Of a DNA stretch of 64,000 bases, positions 48,476 through 61,307 are shown piece after piece. Source of the stretch: Cetorhinus maximus (taxonomy: Eukaryota); contig NC_135882.1 in NCBI RefSeq assembly GCF_964194155.1, positions 15,996,001 through 16,060,000 on the forward strand. The letters run 5' to 3'. The notes below the pieces were generated by a model. The model had not been told where the DNA came from and searched no databases. It saw only the letters and a list, made by a program, of their open reading frames with translations. The stretch's first letter is position 1. Each line of letters starts with the position of its first letter. The translations under genes were made by a program, and so were the position numbers.

Positions 48476-50629
48476 GAAGGGGAAGGGATGGTCACTGAAT
48501 AAATGATGCATTCCAGATAAATTATTACATTTGCTCATGTGCTCCCTCTCACCAGCGTTTAGCCTTGTCACTGTGATTTATCCATTTTTTTTAGCCATTT
48601 CACTTGAATTCCCTGTAAGGATTGGGAAACAGCAAACACAATTGCAGTTTGAATGTCATTTAGATATTTGCAGAATAATGGTTTGAATCTCTTATCCGAC
48701 ATCAATCGCATTCCTGAATTGCTGGACTAAATTCCTTACCCTGCAGCCAGACGAGGGGTTCCCAAGTGGCATTCTTAACACAAGATAACATCTCAGTGAA
48801 GAAAGGTGTAAACTATGCTCTCTTGTGCATTCCTCATATCCCACACCCATATTATTTCCAATTTTCCTCTAGAAATTGCTCTTGAGTTGGTGTTTGCGTA
48901 TTACATCCCAGGGTAACATTTCCACTTCGGGCACAATTGGGGAGTTACGCTGGTTAAGTTACAGTTCAAGTTTCCGCTAAAACTCGTTTGCGTAATCACA
49001 AAATCTTCTGTGAACCCAGGCAAGGCAATAGAACTTAATTCTTTATTAATCTTTCTTGCTTCGTTAAAAAGCATTTTTGATGCATTTGAGAATGGTAACC
49101 TTTCATATGTCACAGTACTCCCAATACAAAAATCCTAGACCACACAATGTGCAATTTTATTCATACTGTTGAAAATTGAGTTATCTGCAAAAATAAGCAT
49201 TTATAATAAGGATGTCCAGCCCTCCACTCAATTTTGAATCACTGAAAATGATTTTAAAAAATACACTGAACAAGTTTTGTTAGTAAATTTTCTGATAGGA
49301 GAAAAGCCTTTAAAACAGGCCAGCTAAAGTGCCTGCGTGCCTAAGAAGATAAGTCCAATTAAGAGCCTTCTTGAACGAGCACAATTTCGACATGGGGATG
49401 TGGCCAGTTCACTAAGCAGAGCCTGGTCAGGGTGAATTCAATCTTGAACCAAGGGGAAAGGTCATGGAAAACAGCAGCATAGGGTTATAAATCACTAGCG
49501 TTTAAAATTCTCCAGTCTTTGGCGCTGATTCCACCCAGATTGCATTGCTATTACTGCTGTACTGCTACAAGCAAATGGAAACTCTGTGCCGATGCCTTGA
49601 ACTGTCTCACTGCCAAATGGCAAAGTTGTGCTCATCATTCCTTCCTGAGGCAGTCGACCAATTAAGGCTTCCAACGAGCGGGAGAAGGTAATTAATAGCT
49701 GCAATTAATAGATGTAGAGCTGGAGCCCTCTCATACTTCAGCATCTGTCTTTTCATAGTTTTTCAAATAGTCATTTAAAATCCTCATTTGAAACAATACA
49801 CAAGTTCCCTTGACACGGTGTACTCTGCTCCTGCAAGATACACATCAGCCACGGGAGGCAACAAGCTACATTGGGTGCACACTTCGCAAATGTGATGTCC
49901 TCTGTGGTTCAATAGTCAGCTGACTCTCATTCCCTGGATCACATGCCAAGAATGGCACCCTTGGGTGAGGAACCAGAGGGTACCGGTGCTAGTGGAATTG
50001 AACTCCAGTGGAAGTCGATGTCTACAGGGGAGAAAATTTGGGTTGGAGAAGAGGTTTCAGGCTCTGGCCCTTTTACAATTCATTCCTCCAAATTCTTTGA
50101 AACACTTTCTTTTATTCCAAAAAAAAAACCTGACAGGAACAGGAGATATTTTCGCACCTGCCTTGTCACTCACACTCCTTTACAGGGTGGTGAATCTGAA
50201 TCACTTATTCCTTGATAACTGAACCCAGAATGAATAGGTTTCTGAAGTAATCCAGCTGATGGACTAAGCAGTGGGCCAATTTTTTAATCTTTAGGCCCCG
50301 ATGGGGGGACGAGGACGAGGCGGGTGGGTGGGTGTGGGGAATTTCACCCTAACGTTGGGCCCTACAGCTCGCAGGGAACATCCTGCCTGCTGATTCCCAC
50401 TCGTGACCTTTCACATCCTAACTCATGGTGCTGCTCCTTAAAGCAATTCGGGTTTCAGTAGAAAACCCAACCTGTGGGTCCAAAATGAATTATAATTCAT
50501 CGATTGAGAAATCATGGTGCATCCATAAGATGCCTCAGCACAAAGAAAACAGGACGTCCTGGCATTGCTCAAAGGGGAAACCTTACCCTCTTGAAAGGAA
50601 CACGAAAGGTCAACCTCCACAAGCAAATC

Positions 50630-51345
50630 AGGGGCGGAATCTTCCGGTCCCGCTGGCAGTGGGATGTGTGGCAGGCGGGGGGTGGACTTAGATTAGCATG
50701 AGGCTAAAAATCAGCTTCCCAGTGTTGGGATGAACTGTCAGAATTCTGCTCCCGGGACTCTAAAGGCAGTTAAAGGCGGGTCGAGTTTACTGACGAATAT
50801 GCATTAGCATCTCGTTCATGACGATTAAAAGGCCAACCCACCGGAATTAATTTCCGCCGCTAGATTAAGTTCCCACGCCAGCAGGAAATTAGAACGTTCA
50901 GTTTTACGACTGTATTTTAAGTGGCGTGCACCTGGCGAGCTTCACTTCTTCCGTGACTTTGAGGCCACGAGACGCCACTCTCACTTTCTTGGGGAGCGCT
51001 CCGAATTTGATGGATATTGGCTGCTGGTAGCATTAGCTGCACGAAGGCGGCAAGTGGGGGAGTAGGGTGGAAGGGTGGGGCAGGGGCTGGACCTGGGGAG
51101 CAGGCTCACAGAGGGGCGAGGAGGGGGTGGGTGCCCTTTAAATATGGCACCTGGGCCTTCGAGCCCACGAGGTAACGGCGGGGAGGGTGACTTGCCACCT
51201 GCCTCGCCCACGAGATTTACCGCGCTTGGCACAGACGGATAAATAAGGAGCCGAACAGCGCGAGGCCACACGTGCTCAGCAGCCCCGTCTACCACCACCA
51301 CCACCACCACCGCCCCGCAGCAGGAATCCACGTCCGCCACCGAAC
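50630..51345. mobile_element. Non-autonomous Harbinger-type element fragment
   Basis: Begins GGGGCGGAATCTTCC, is GC-rich, and resembles 53969-54300 (attagcatctc, gtgcacctggc). Confidence 0.5.
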
Positions 51346-51348
51346 TGA

Positions 51349-51477
51349 GGCCGGGATTTTCCGGCCCTGTCGCGGGTGGGACCCATCGTAGGCGAGGCGG
51401 TGCCTCAGCCGGAAGTCCACTGGCTTGCGGCGGGACCGGAAGATCCCGGCGACAGGCGGGTGTGGAAAATCCCGCCG
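51349..51477. mobile_element. ~130-bp Harbinger-type MITE
   Basis: TIR GGCCGGGATTTTCC / GGAAAATCCCGCCG with flanks TGA/TTA. Confidence 0.8.
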
Positions 51478-52822
51478 TTAGACTCCAGAACGGAAGTTTC
51501 CGCTCCAGGTTTCAAGCAGAAACATCTCTAAAACGTAAAGAGCCCCCAAAAATTCTTCTTTATATTTTTGCGTGGAAATCTGTTTAGCTTTATGTTTTAG
51601 GGTTAGTTCAGAAGGATTTCAATTATCGTTCCTTTATGAGCAGAAAAGAAGATCTCAGCATCGCAGCCATTTCCTAGGAGTAATTTTTAATGTCGCTATT
51701 TGGGCGTTGTCCTAGCATTGTGGTTCTAAAACTTTTTACGATTGAAGGACCCCTTATCAAATAGTGTAGTAATCACAGACACCCAATCTAAATTATAATA
51801 CTATATAATGCTCATATAATGAAAGTGTTGCATGTAAGAAGTATTTTTGTAATGTTTTTAAGACGGCAGATAATTTACTTCAGGTATCAATGAGATAGGT
51901 GTGCCTGCTTTTCACTGCCTGTCTAACTCTGCCAGGAGCACAGAGAGGGCAAGAAAACGGAATGGACAGGCGCCCGGACAGCACCAAATTCAGAGAAAGC
52001 ATGAGGGAACCTGGGAACAGGAAAACCACAGTGAGAGGAGAGGGATGTGCATAGTTCAGCACAGAGAAATCAGAAACCTGGAGAAGAGAATGGGGACCAG
52101 GGGAGAGAGGGAAGAGCAGGAGTAGAGGGAGGAGGGCGGGAGTGTGGAGGGTGTGGTGAAACACATAACCAGATGCTGCTTACTTGTCTACTATTGAGTA
52201 AACCCTGGCAGATTTTACTCCCTCTGTAACAAGGAGGTGCTGAAGTAATTGCACCAATTCGACTGCTAAACTTCCCCAAGCTGAGCTAAATCAGTGAAGA
52301 TTGGGACTATAGGGCCTATATTGTCTTTGCGGTTTAGCAACACACTGTCTAACCAGCTGAGTCATTGTGGGAGCTCATGTGCTACAAGTTTACCAAAAAT
52401 GTAGCCCACCAGTTTATGCATGTGCTGGAACTGATGATCATTACAAGGAAATTTCAGACTGATACTGCAAGTAAACTTTATCATAGAATGTGGGCTGGCT
52501 GATTTTAGAGCCATTGCAATCTCCCAGTCCCATGAGGAACCCATATCCTAGAGTCTTTCAGTATGAGCATCAGTGCGTTTGACTGCCAGAATATTAATGA
52601 ATAATTGATATTGTCATAGCAAAAGAATGTTTGACTAAACACTCACTAAAGTGATCTATTCATTATTGTGAGACAGATAAGGCATACAAAACACTATCTA
52701 ATGAAAGAAAGTTGGAAGTTCAGGAATATTTCCCATATGACTATTTGAACCTTAACCTGTTCCTAGAACCTCCAAACAGTGGAACCCTTTTCTGCTCTCT
52801 GTCTTCCTTCCTTTTACATACA

Positions 52823-52954
52823 ACAGGACTTCCTGGCCCCACCCACCACCAGGATCGTCCCGTCCCGTCCCTCCTAAAGTCGGTGGACTTTTGTCTGGGC
52901 CGCCGAATCTCCCGCTGCGGGTCCCACCACAAGCAGGGTCAGAAAATCCCGGCC
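52823..52954. mobile_element. ~130-bp Harbinger-type MITE
   Basis: Homologous to 25719-25848 and ends GAAAATCCCGGCC. Confidence 0.7.
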
Positions 52955-52959
52955 GTAGC

Positions 52960-53965
52960 GTATGGTAGGAAGAGAGGGCATGAGAAATATTCGTAGGTAA
53001 AATCAAAGGAAACCAAAGAGGCTTTATAACAAAGAACAAGAGAGTAACTAAAGAAAGAAAAGGGTCTATTAAAGACCAAAAAAAGTTACCTCTGGTTGGA
53101 GGCAGAAGGCCTGGGCATGGTTCTTAATGAATACTTAGCCTTTATCCTCACAGAATAGAAGGGATGATGCAGGCATTAGCCAGAATTTTCCCAGTCTGTG
53201 GAGGTGAGACTGTTGGGGGCGGCTGGTTAGGAAGGAAAAGCAAATCCCATCGGGATAGCTCCTCGATGCTGTTCCACCTCAGAACAAGTTTCCCAATGGG
53301 CCGCCATGGAAATCAGCAACCTACTCCAGAGGGACAGGTAGCCAATGAGGCCAACTAAGGCCCCAGTTAGATGCTGTTTTTAAGCATCGACAGCATTTCT
53401 CCAGCATCCAATCAGTCCCTTAGTTGAGTACCTAGGCCGACAGCAGCTTGAAGGTGGCTGTCACTGGCAGGCTAGGGGGACCAGCGATGTCACCTCTCTT
53501 TGCCTCAATGAACGAGTTTTTCACTTCCGAGAGTGAAAAGGCCACAGCTACAGCCACAATCAACCCTGGGGAGGATTCCTCCTCACATTAATACCACTAA
53601 CAACTGCGGGTCTTCTGTAATTTTAAATCCTCCGCAGCCTTGCAAAAGCACACAAGTTTTCAGTCACCGTCACACTCACCTTCCTTCCACTACAGCACCC
53701 ACCTCTCCTGGCCGGACTCCCAGCTGCCCAGTGCTGCGGTCTCTCTGATTGGAACTCTTACATTTTTGTCCCTCCCGCCATATTTCGTTGGAAGGCAAAT
53801 GAGTGTGGAGGGCAATTAATAGCCCACCTCAAGTAAAGTTGCGCCACAATGTGCCTTCACAGGAAACGTAAGCTCAGGACCCGCATATGATCTGACGTCA
53901 GTGGGAAAATTCAGCCCATTGTAGTTAAGGAGTGGGATTGTGAAATGTCGGATTAGGTTAAACAC
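52960..53965 (+). mobile_element. CR1 ORF2 internal fragment split by a MITE
   Basis: KIKGNQRGF and GMVLNEYLA motifs, typical of the CR1 EN-RT linker. Confidence 0.55.
53178..53917. mobile_element. Harbinger-type MITE
   Basis: TIR AGCCAGAATTTTCCC / GGGAAAATTCAGCCC with an exact ATT TSD. Confidence 0.75.
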
Positions 53966-53968
53966 AAT

Positions 53969-54830
53969 GGGCCGAATTGTCCGCTCCTCTTGGCGGTGGG
54001 CATCATGGCAGACATGAGTGGGCAGTATGGTGAGATTGCCAAAATTCGGTTTCAGCCATCAATGGCAGGCTGCCTTCCCCACCTCCGCATGTCAGCAACC
54101 TAATTTCAATACTTTAGCATCTCATTATAAGCCCTGCTCGCCGGAATCAGCCGCCCACATCATATTTACTGCCTACGTCAACGTGGCTTCAGAACGGCGT
54201 GCTTCACGACTGCTTTAAAAGGTTTGCACCTGGCAACCGGAACTTCGAGGGGAACTCGGAGGTAAGTGCACATAACCTTGCGCAGAGCTCATGAGCATCA
54301 CCCATGGGGCATCAAGGAAAAGGCGCCGCACATTCACGGGGGGGGCACAGGTGGGTCGCTTTTTCCAGGCTGGCTTTCAGTGCAGTGCCGGGGCAAGGGG
54401 TCCAGTGCAGGTGAGGCCAGTAAGGGGCAAGGCAGCACGGACGGAAGGAAATACACAAGCACATGCCAGAGGGTGGGGTTGAGGAGGTGGAGGAGGAGGT
54501 GGGTGAGGGAAGTGGCCACGCACTTGGAAAAGACTGTCAAAAGTGGGCATTCTTCCGCAGCTGAGACCGGTCAGCAGCAGCTCCGTTGATGTGCTTGGAG
54601 TCGGGCCTCTGAAGCTTTTCCCCCCACTCAAGCAACGCAAAAACATGAACGTGTCACCAAATGCTCCAGAACAATTCCTCCCTTGGACATGCATGTGCGC
54701 TTTAGGGGGCAACAGGACAATAGGCCAACTGGCAAGTTGTAGAATCCCCTTGTGAAAGGTGACCCATGGCGCAGTCACTGATGGAGGCGCTCACAGACCC
54801 TTGCAATGTCATTATTCATTTATTCTCTGT
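53969..54830. mobile_element. Non-autonomous Harbinger-type element fragment
   Basis: Starts GGGCCGAATTGTCC and is related to 50630-51345. No right TIR was found. Confidence 0.45.
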
Positions 54831-54834
54831 TTGC

Positions 54835-55115
54835 AGAGAAATCGATAACCAGAGGGCCTAGATTTAAATTGGCAGGGTTGAAAAATGATTTACCCAGAGG
54901 ATTTTGGGGTCTTGGACTCAGTGCCTGAAAGGGTGGTAGAAGCAGAAACCCTCACTGCATTTAAAAAAACACTTGGATATGTGCCTGAAGTGCTGTAACA
55001 TACCAAACTATGAACCAGGAGCTGGAAAATGGGTCACAATTGGATAACTCTTTTTCAGCTAGTACAGACACGATGGGTCAAAAGACGTCCTCCTGTGGCC
55101 TAAATTTCTATGATT
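54835..55115 (+). mobile_element. CR1 LINE 3' end
   Basis: LDSVPERVVEAETLTAFKK-like coding end and a tttctatgattc tail. Confidence 0.75.
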
Positions 55116-56674
55116 CCAGGACCAAAGCATTACTTCATTACTTCATGATTTTCCTTGGATTTAATGGATTTATATATTGCAGCTTAGACTGTTCAATAAT
55201 TTTAATGGCCCATTTACCTTTGGCTGTTACACGGACCCCAAATTTTGACCTGGGTTTCTCCAGTTAGTAAAACAGCCTGATTCGCATGTAATGGATGTCA
55301 CTCTATCCATTATTTGCAATGATCTTAAAATAACATACAAAAAGAATTTTATAGAAACGGATCAATGCATTAGTTACTAATATTGTATAACACATCAGCC
55401 CAACCGTCTGGTTTAACATTGCAGAATTTGTTTCTGACCATTTCAAGATTGAAATTTGTCCATAACTGGACACACCACACACAGCAACGCTGAAACTTGG
55501 AGGGTACAGAGTTGCAAAATCCGCTGTAGTGACATTCCCAGAGGGCTAGACTACTCTCTCTCCCCCTCAGACGCTACTGCTCTTTCTTTTTAAAAAAAAG
55601 GCTCCGATGGTCCATTTGGATCCAAACCTGAGAAAGGCAAGGTTCCGGTCATCAGTTACAGTACCACAGAGAAATGACCAGGCTTATTCTGAAAGCAGAC
55701 GCTCCAAAGTGTGTTGTTGACCATACTAGTTGAACACTTCAAGTGCTGTAAAGAGGTTTATTCCACCAAAACATCGCCCAGCTGAAGAGCCACTGACAAG
55801 CACTTTCATTCAAAAACCCTGTTTCCAGGTTTAGGCACTAACCTGCTCTGTTGTGCGACCTTCAGAAAGTTCCCATTGGACCGACTGAACATTGACCCCA
55901 GAGGACCAGGAATGGAGCTGATTTTAAAGTTTAAAAAAAAAAGGATGGGAAGAAGCTTTTGTGAAAGAGGGGGGAGAGTGAGAGAGTCATAATGAAAACA
56001 CTAAAAGAATTGGCCCAAGAATAGGTCCCTGGAGTTTCCTTCTCATGCATCCTGATACTCACATAATCTGGCTGTAAACCTAATCCTGTGGTTTTAAAGA
56101 TTACAAAATTTTGGGTTTAAGTAAATTACTCACATTAATGCAATACGCCCAAGCCTCCTTGATCTAAGTCAGCCTAACAAACACCCGGGCTGACCTCCGC
56201 CCACAAAACTGGCCAAGCCCCTGACTCTCGAAGGTGGCCATGTTCGGGGGAGGGGGAGGGTTGGGAGAGGGGGGAGGGGGGGGTGGGATGGGGGGAGTGG
56301 TGGTGGGTCCCTCAACATTATGCCCATTTTCCAGGTGCAGCAGAAACACAGCCGGAGAAGCTTATAAACCAATCATTTCCCCCTCACAGCCTTTGCTGCT
56401 TAACCGTTAGCCTGTAAATTTTAAACGAGTTAGCATCCCCATTTAAATAGCAGAGGCTGAAATTGTACAGGAACCTATGAAACACTTGTAGGACATGGCC
56501 GATGGTAAATTTGCAATCAATGTCACGTTATTGGGTTTCCTGCCTCTCATAACTCAAGGGAGTTAATCTTGTCTGGTGTATTAAGAAGTAATAGCTCCTG
56601 ACAAGTTCCAGCCCCGATTCTTGGTCAACATACGGTTCACCAGCTCCGAAAAGAGACATTCAAAGGGCTTTTTA

Positions 56675-56860
56675 CACTGAGTGGCTTGCTAGGCCACTTC
56701 AAAGGGCAGTTAAAAGTCAACCACATTACTGTGGATCTGGAGTCACATGCAGGCCAGCATTTCCTTCCCAAGCGAAGCAGATGAGTTTTTAGCTTCACGC
56801 TCACCCTTACCGAGGCTAGTTTTATATCCCGTGTTGCGTGGAATGTTAGATTCCAGCAGA
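56675..56860 (-). mobile_element. SINE family A, degenerate
   Basis: ctgagtggcttgctaggcc...gtcaaccacatt...ggagtcacatg. Confidence 0.65.
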
Positions 56861-56927
56861 GACCAGCTCTAACAGCCAGCGCTCCCTCGGCACAGCAGAG
56901 CGTCAGTCTAGTTTTTTTTTTGCTTAA

Positions 56928-57076
56928 ACGTGGGTATTTCCGACCCCAAGGCCGGCGGGCATCACCGCAGACAGGGCAGGAAAATTTGGAGAACTGTTAA
57001 AAGTCGACAGCTCTCCATATTTTCCTGTCCTGCCCGTGACGATGCCCGCCAGCGTCAGGGCTGGGAAATCCCACCC
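56928..57076. mobile_element. ~150-bp Harbinger-type MITE
   Basis: TAA on both sides and imperfect TIRs GTGGGTATTTCC / GGAAATCCCAC. Confidence 0.65.
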
Positions 57077-57289
57077 TAAGGGCAGGATTTTGAGTTCGGC
57101 AGGCGGGCGCAGTCGGCGGGCCCGGGGAGCAGCCGGGATAGGGGTCGCCGCCCGCGATCGGCACCCGGCCGCGATTTCACGTGAAACGTGGCTCCTCGCT
57201 GGTCGGGAAGGGCCAGGTTTCAAAATGGCCCAGGTCGCCCCTGGAAGAACGTCTGTTCTGCGTTAGCCAAGCGACGGAGCTGAGCGTGG

Positions 57290-59162
57290 CTGGAGGCACC
57301 AGGCGGGAGGGCAGGTCGGGTGGGCATTCGCCGCCCCCCCCCCCCCACTTTTCGGGTGAGAGTCTTATGGTCCTCCTGGAGGAGGTAGCTGCCAGGAGGG
57401 ACAACCTTGTCCCCGGAGATGGCAGGAGGAGGCCACCGCACCTCACAAAGACGGGATGGGTGGGAGGAGGTGGCAGCCCTGGTTAGCAGCCATGACGTGG
57501 TGCGGCGCACATTGGCGCAGTGCCAGAAGAAGTTCAATGACCTGCTGCGCTCAGGAAGGGTGAGTACCATGTTGGTATGGGTCAGTGTGCAGAAGTGTTA
57601 AGGTCTGGCCATCCCCCCATGGACCTCAGGGGTGTTAGAGTCTGAGTGCCGACTGTCAGTGATGCCGGAGCTGGGCAAGTGGGTGAGCCCTGGCTGCTTG
57701 GACTGAGTGTCTTACTATTTGAGGGCCACGACTCGGATGTGCCCTGTGAGGTGTTCCTCAGCTGGGGTTGGCCAGGCTGCAATGGCGCTGCAAGTGGAGA
57801 GTGGACTAATCAATGCTCCTTTGTCCTTTCAGGAGAAGGCAGGCCATAACCAAGCAGAGAGGGCACATAGAAGTGGAGGCCCACCCTATCTGCTGCTGGT
57901 GACCGGGTTCGAGCAGGATGCCCTTGAGCTGAAGAGCCGGCACGCTCCCCCTGCAACCGGGCGTGGAGATGTGGGGCTGCCAGGCGAAGGTAAGAGTGCA
58001 GTGCACAGAGGTGAGAGTTTTGGATTGTGCAACCATTCTAGTGTAGTCTCCTTATTGATGGCAGCCTCGAACCTGGAGTCCCCATTGATCATTGAAAGAC
58101 GATGGCACCGTGATGCAGGTCCCCATTGCCTCACCAGGGTGCTTGGCATACACAGTGACAGGGTGATGACTTTAACTAATGAAATGTCCTTGTTCACCCT
58201 TTTAGATTCGCTGGCATACACTCGCTCTCTGGACTCCAAAGGGCCACCCCTGACGCTGGAGGATCGCCAGGCTTCATTTACACCTGCGTCACACCCCCTC
58301 TCTGAACCAGCACAGATACCAGCACCTTGGCGGGCATTAGATCGGTGGCTACAATGTTGGTGCACATTAGTGAGGGCACCACACTCGCTTGAGGTGCAGG
58401 CAGAGGCAGAGAGTGCCCAGGGCACCGGCAGTTCTCTGCTGAAGACCAGGACGATGCTCTGTTGAAAGCAGATGATGAGCCTCTGGAGTCGTCCATTAGG
58501 TGGTAGATGCTGAATGTCCAGTGGGATGTGCAGGAGAATCTGGCAGAGATCCATGAGGGTCTGCGTGCCATGGTCTTCATTGTGGAGGACTCCATGCATA
58601 GCACGAGCACAGCGTTAACTCTCATGGCTGAGCACACTGCCTCCTCCATTAAGAAAGTGGCACCTCTCATCGAGAGGCAACTCCAGGAACAAAATCAGGG
58701 GTTCCTGGGGTTGCGCTCGGACCTGCAAGTCCTCACACGAGCACTGACCTCAGGTGGTTACTGCCAGTGTGGAAGATGGATGAGGCACCCAGTATCCCAG
58801 CTAGGTGCCCATCCATCAATGGTGAGCAGGGAGGTCCAGAATGACCTCAAGTTGACGCATGACTGCTTGTCATCTCTGTGGGCTCCACTCAGGGCGCTCC
58901 GGATGATGGCAGCATATCCTCCGCCCCTCCCCCAGTGACGGTTGCATCTGATGAGTCTGCAATGACTGGAGGGATGCCAGCCGTGGCACTGGCCTCTACC
59001 TCCCAGGCAGGGCCAGCACAGGCTCCACTAGCCAGAGGATGACCACCAAGGTCATCAAGGCCAACAAGACAGCAGAGTCAGCAGGATGTCTCCAATGCCG
59101 GTGCCAGTGAGAGGGAGGCACCAAGACGTAACACTCGCAAACGCAAGTTAAAGGCACCATGA
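57290..59162 (+). pseudogene. Spliced Harbinger Myb/SANT-like protein gene (3 exons; start uncertain)
   Basis: PHFSGESLMVLLEEV...WEEVAALVSS...QCQKKFNDLLRSGR, GTGAGT donor at 57560. Exon 2 (57833-57989) reads EKAGHNQAER. Exon 3 from 58206 ends RRNTRKRKLKAP*. Frameshifts are present. Confidence 0.82.
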
Positions 59163-59895
59163 GCACAAGAGGGACTGTTCAAGGATGATTTTCTGTTCAG
59201 TTATGTTTGGTTTATCTGTCTGCTAGTGTGGACATCAACACCAGTAATGGTAATGTCATTATGCTTTCAATGTGACAATAACATTAAATTTGCTTTGGTT
59301 ATGATGGCCTGAGTATGCTTCACCTTTTTTCTTTCTCGTGCAGGGTACGCCAGTATGTAATGCTGGACGTGAGTGGCTTGATAATTTATTGCACAGAAAT
59401 TGAGTGGACGTTGGGTGCAAATAAAAAGGTCATTTCAGACATCTGGGATGGAGGTGGCAGCCCTGGCATGAGGTGGAAGTAGATCTTTGGTAACCGAGCT
59501 GAAGGAGCATTGGATCAAGGTGTCGCTGGCGTCCCTGCCTCCCTGGAGGTTACCGAGGTCTGCCTCCACACCTTCAGTGTTCTCCTCACCATGCTCCTGT
59601 TCTGACTCACGACTGGATTCATCCCCTGTGGCCTGTGGAGCTGCCTCAAGATCCTCTTCCTCCTGTGGGTCCCACCTTGCCAGTGCCAGATTGTAGAGAA
59701 CACAACGTGCAACCACTATCAGTGTCACTCATTCTGGGGAGCGTTGTAGTGCTTCCCCTGAATGGTCCAGGCATCAGAAGCACATCTTGAGAAGACCTAT
59801 GGTCCTCTCTACCACCGCCCTTGTAGAGGCATGACACCTATTGTAACTCTGCTCTGTCTCTGTTCTTGGGTAGCGGAGAGGCATCATGACCCTCT

Positions 59896-61307
59896 CAATG
59901 CAGGGTAGAGAGGTGCAGGCACAAGGGGTGCATGGCCAGCAGGTAATCCAAGGCAGAAGGGACCACAGAAGATGCCACTATCCTGCTGCCAGAATTTACA
60001 GGTGGCGATGCAGCTACCTCAATATGCCTGAGGTGCAATGCCGAAGGAGGCTCCACCTCTCAAGGGAGACTGTGACAGAATCACAGAATCACAGAATCAC
60101 ACAGTGAAGAAGAGGCCCTTTGGCCCATCGAGTCTGTGCCAACACGTGAGAAACACCTGACCTACCTACCTAATCCCATTAACCAGCACTTGGTCCATAG
60201 CCTTGAATGTTATGACTTCCCAAGTGCTCATCCAGGCATTTTTTTAAAGGATGTGAGGCAACCCAACTCCACCACCCTCCCAGGCAGCACATTCCAGGCC
60301 GTCACCCAGCAGCTATCCATCCAGTCGGGCTGGAGCACTGAAGATCCTTGGCACCTGGGAGTGTCTCAGTAGGTAAGCATCATGGGAGCTGCCTGGGTAC
60401 CTTGCACAGACTTGTAGAACCTGCATCCTGTGATCGCACACTATCTGCACGTTCATGGAGTGGAAGCCCTTCTTGTTGACAAAGGCACCGGGCTCACCTG
60501 CTGGTGCCTTGATGGCCACTTGTGTGCAGTCTATTGCACCCTGGAAGCAGCGGAACACAGCAATCCCTGCAAAACCTCTGGCTTGCTCAGCCTGGCTGGC
60601 TGTGTCCCTACGGTAAAGAGTAAAGGTCAGTACCTGCCTGAACACAGCTTCTGGCACCAGCTTGATGCAACTGTGGACAGCTGATTGGGACACTCCACAC
60701 AGATCACCCACTGAGCCCTGGAAAGAGCCAGAGGCATTGAAGTTGAGGCCACTGTGATCTTCAGAGCCACTGGCATGGGGTGTCCACCCACACAGTCATA
60801 GCTGATCTCAGGCCCAATAATCTGACAAATGGAGGGACATAAGTTCAAGGTGAGGGGCAGGAGGTTTAGGGCGGATGCGAGGAAAAGCTTTTTTACCCAG
60901 AGGGTGGTGATGGTCTGGAATGCGTTGCCTGGGAGGGTGGTGGAGGCGGGTTGCCTCACATCCTTTAAAAAATACCTGGATGAGCACTTGGCCCGTCATA
61001 ACATTCAAGGCTATGGGCCAAGTGCTGGTTAATGGGATTAGGTAGGTAGGTCAGGTGTTTCTCACGTGTTGGCGCAGACTCGATGGGCCAAAGGGCCTCT
61101 CCTGCACTGTGTGATTCTGTGATTCTGTCAAAGTCTCCCTTGAGAGGTGGAGCCTCCTTCGTCATTGCACCCCAGGCATATTGAGGTAGCTGCATCGCCA
61201 CCTGTAAATTCTGGCAGCAGGATAGTGGCATCTTCTGTGGTCCCTTCTGCCTTGGACTACCTGCTGGCCCTGCGCCCCTAGTGCCTGTGCCTCTCTTCCC
61301 TGCATTG
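59896..61307. repeat. ~410-bp inverted repeat (59896-60306 vs 60906-61307)
   Basis: Both arms contain the same transposase-CR1 junction. The ORF track shows HRRCHYPAARIYRWRCSYLNMP and PTREKHLTYLPNPINQHL on both strands. Confidence 0.92.
60829..61128 (+). mobile_element. CR1 LINE 3' end
   Basis: GHKFKVRGRRF..D.RKSFFTQRVV.VWNALP..VVEA..L.SFKK.LD followed by a (GATTCTGT)n tail. Confidence 0.92.

Noticed and set aside
50980-51480. CpG-rich stretches (also 5480-5660, 6290-6420, 57030-57360) as CpG-island promoters
   Set aside because: They coincide with MITE or Harbinger termini, and no downstream gene is evident.
56240-56310. G-rich tract as a functional G-quadruplex
   Set aside because: Low-complexity G runs are common in this window and there is no contextual support.
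57707-58599. Long overlapping ORFs (252 aa + and 237 aa -) as novel genes
   Set aside because: They read through introns or the antisense strand of the GC-rich Harbinger Myb gene.
60072-60105. (ACAGAATC)n short repeats as an array
   Set aside because: This is the ordinary CR1 3' octamer tail. No CRISPR-like repeat-spacer structure was seen anywhere in the window.
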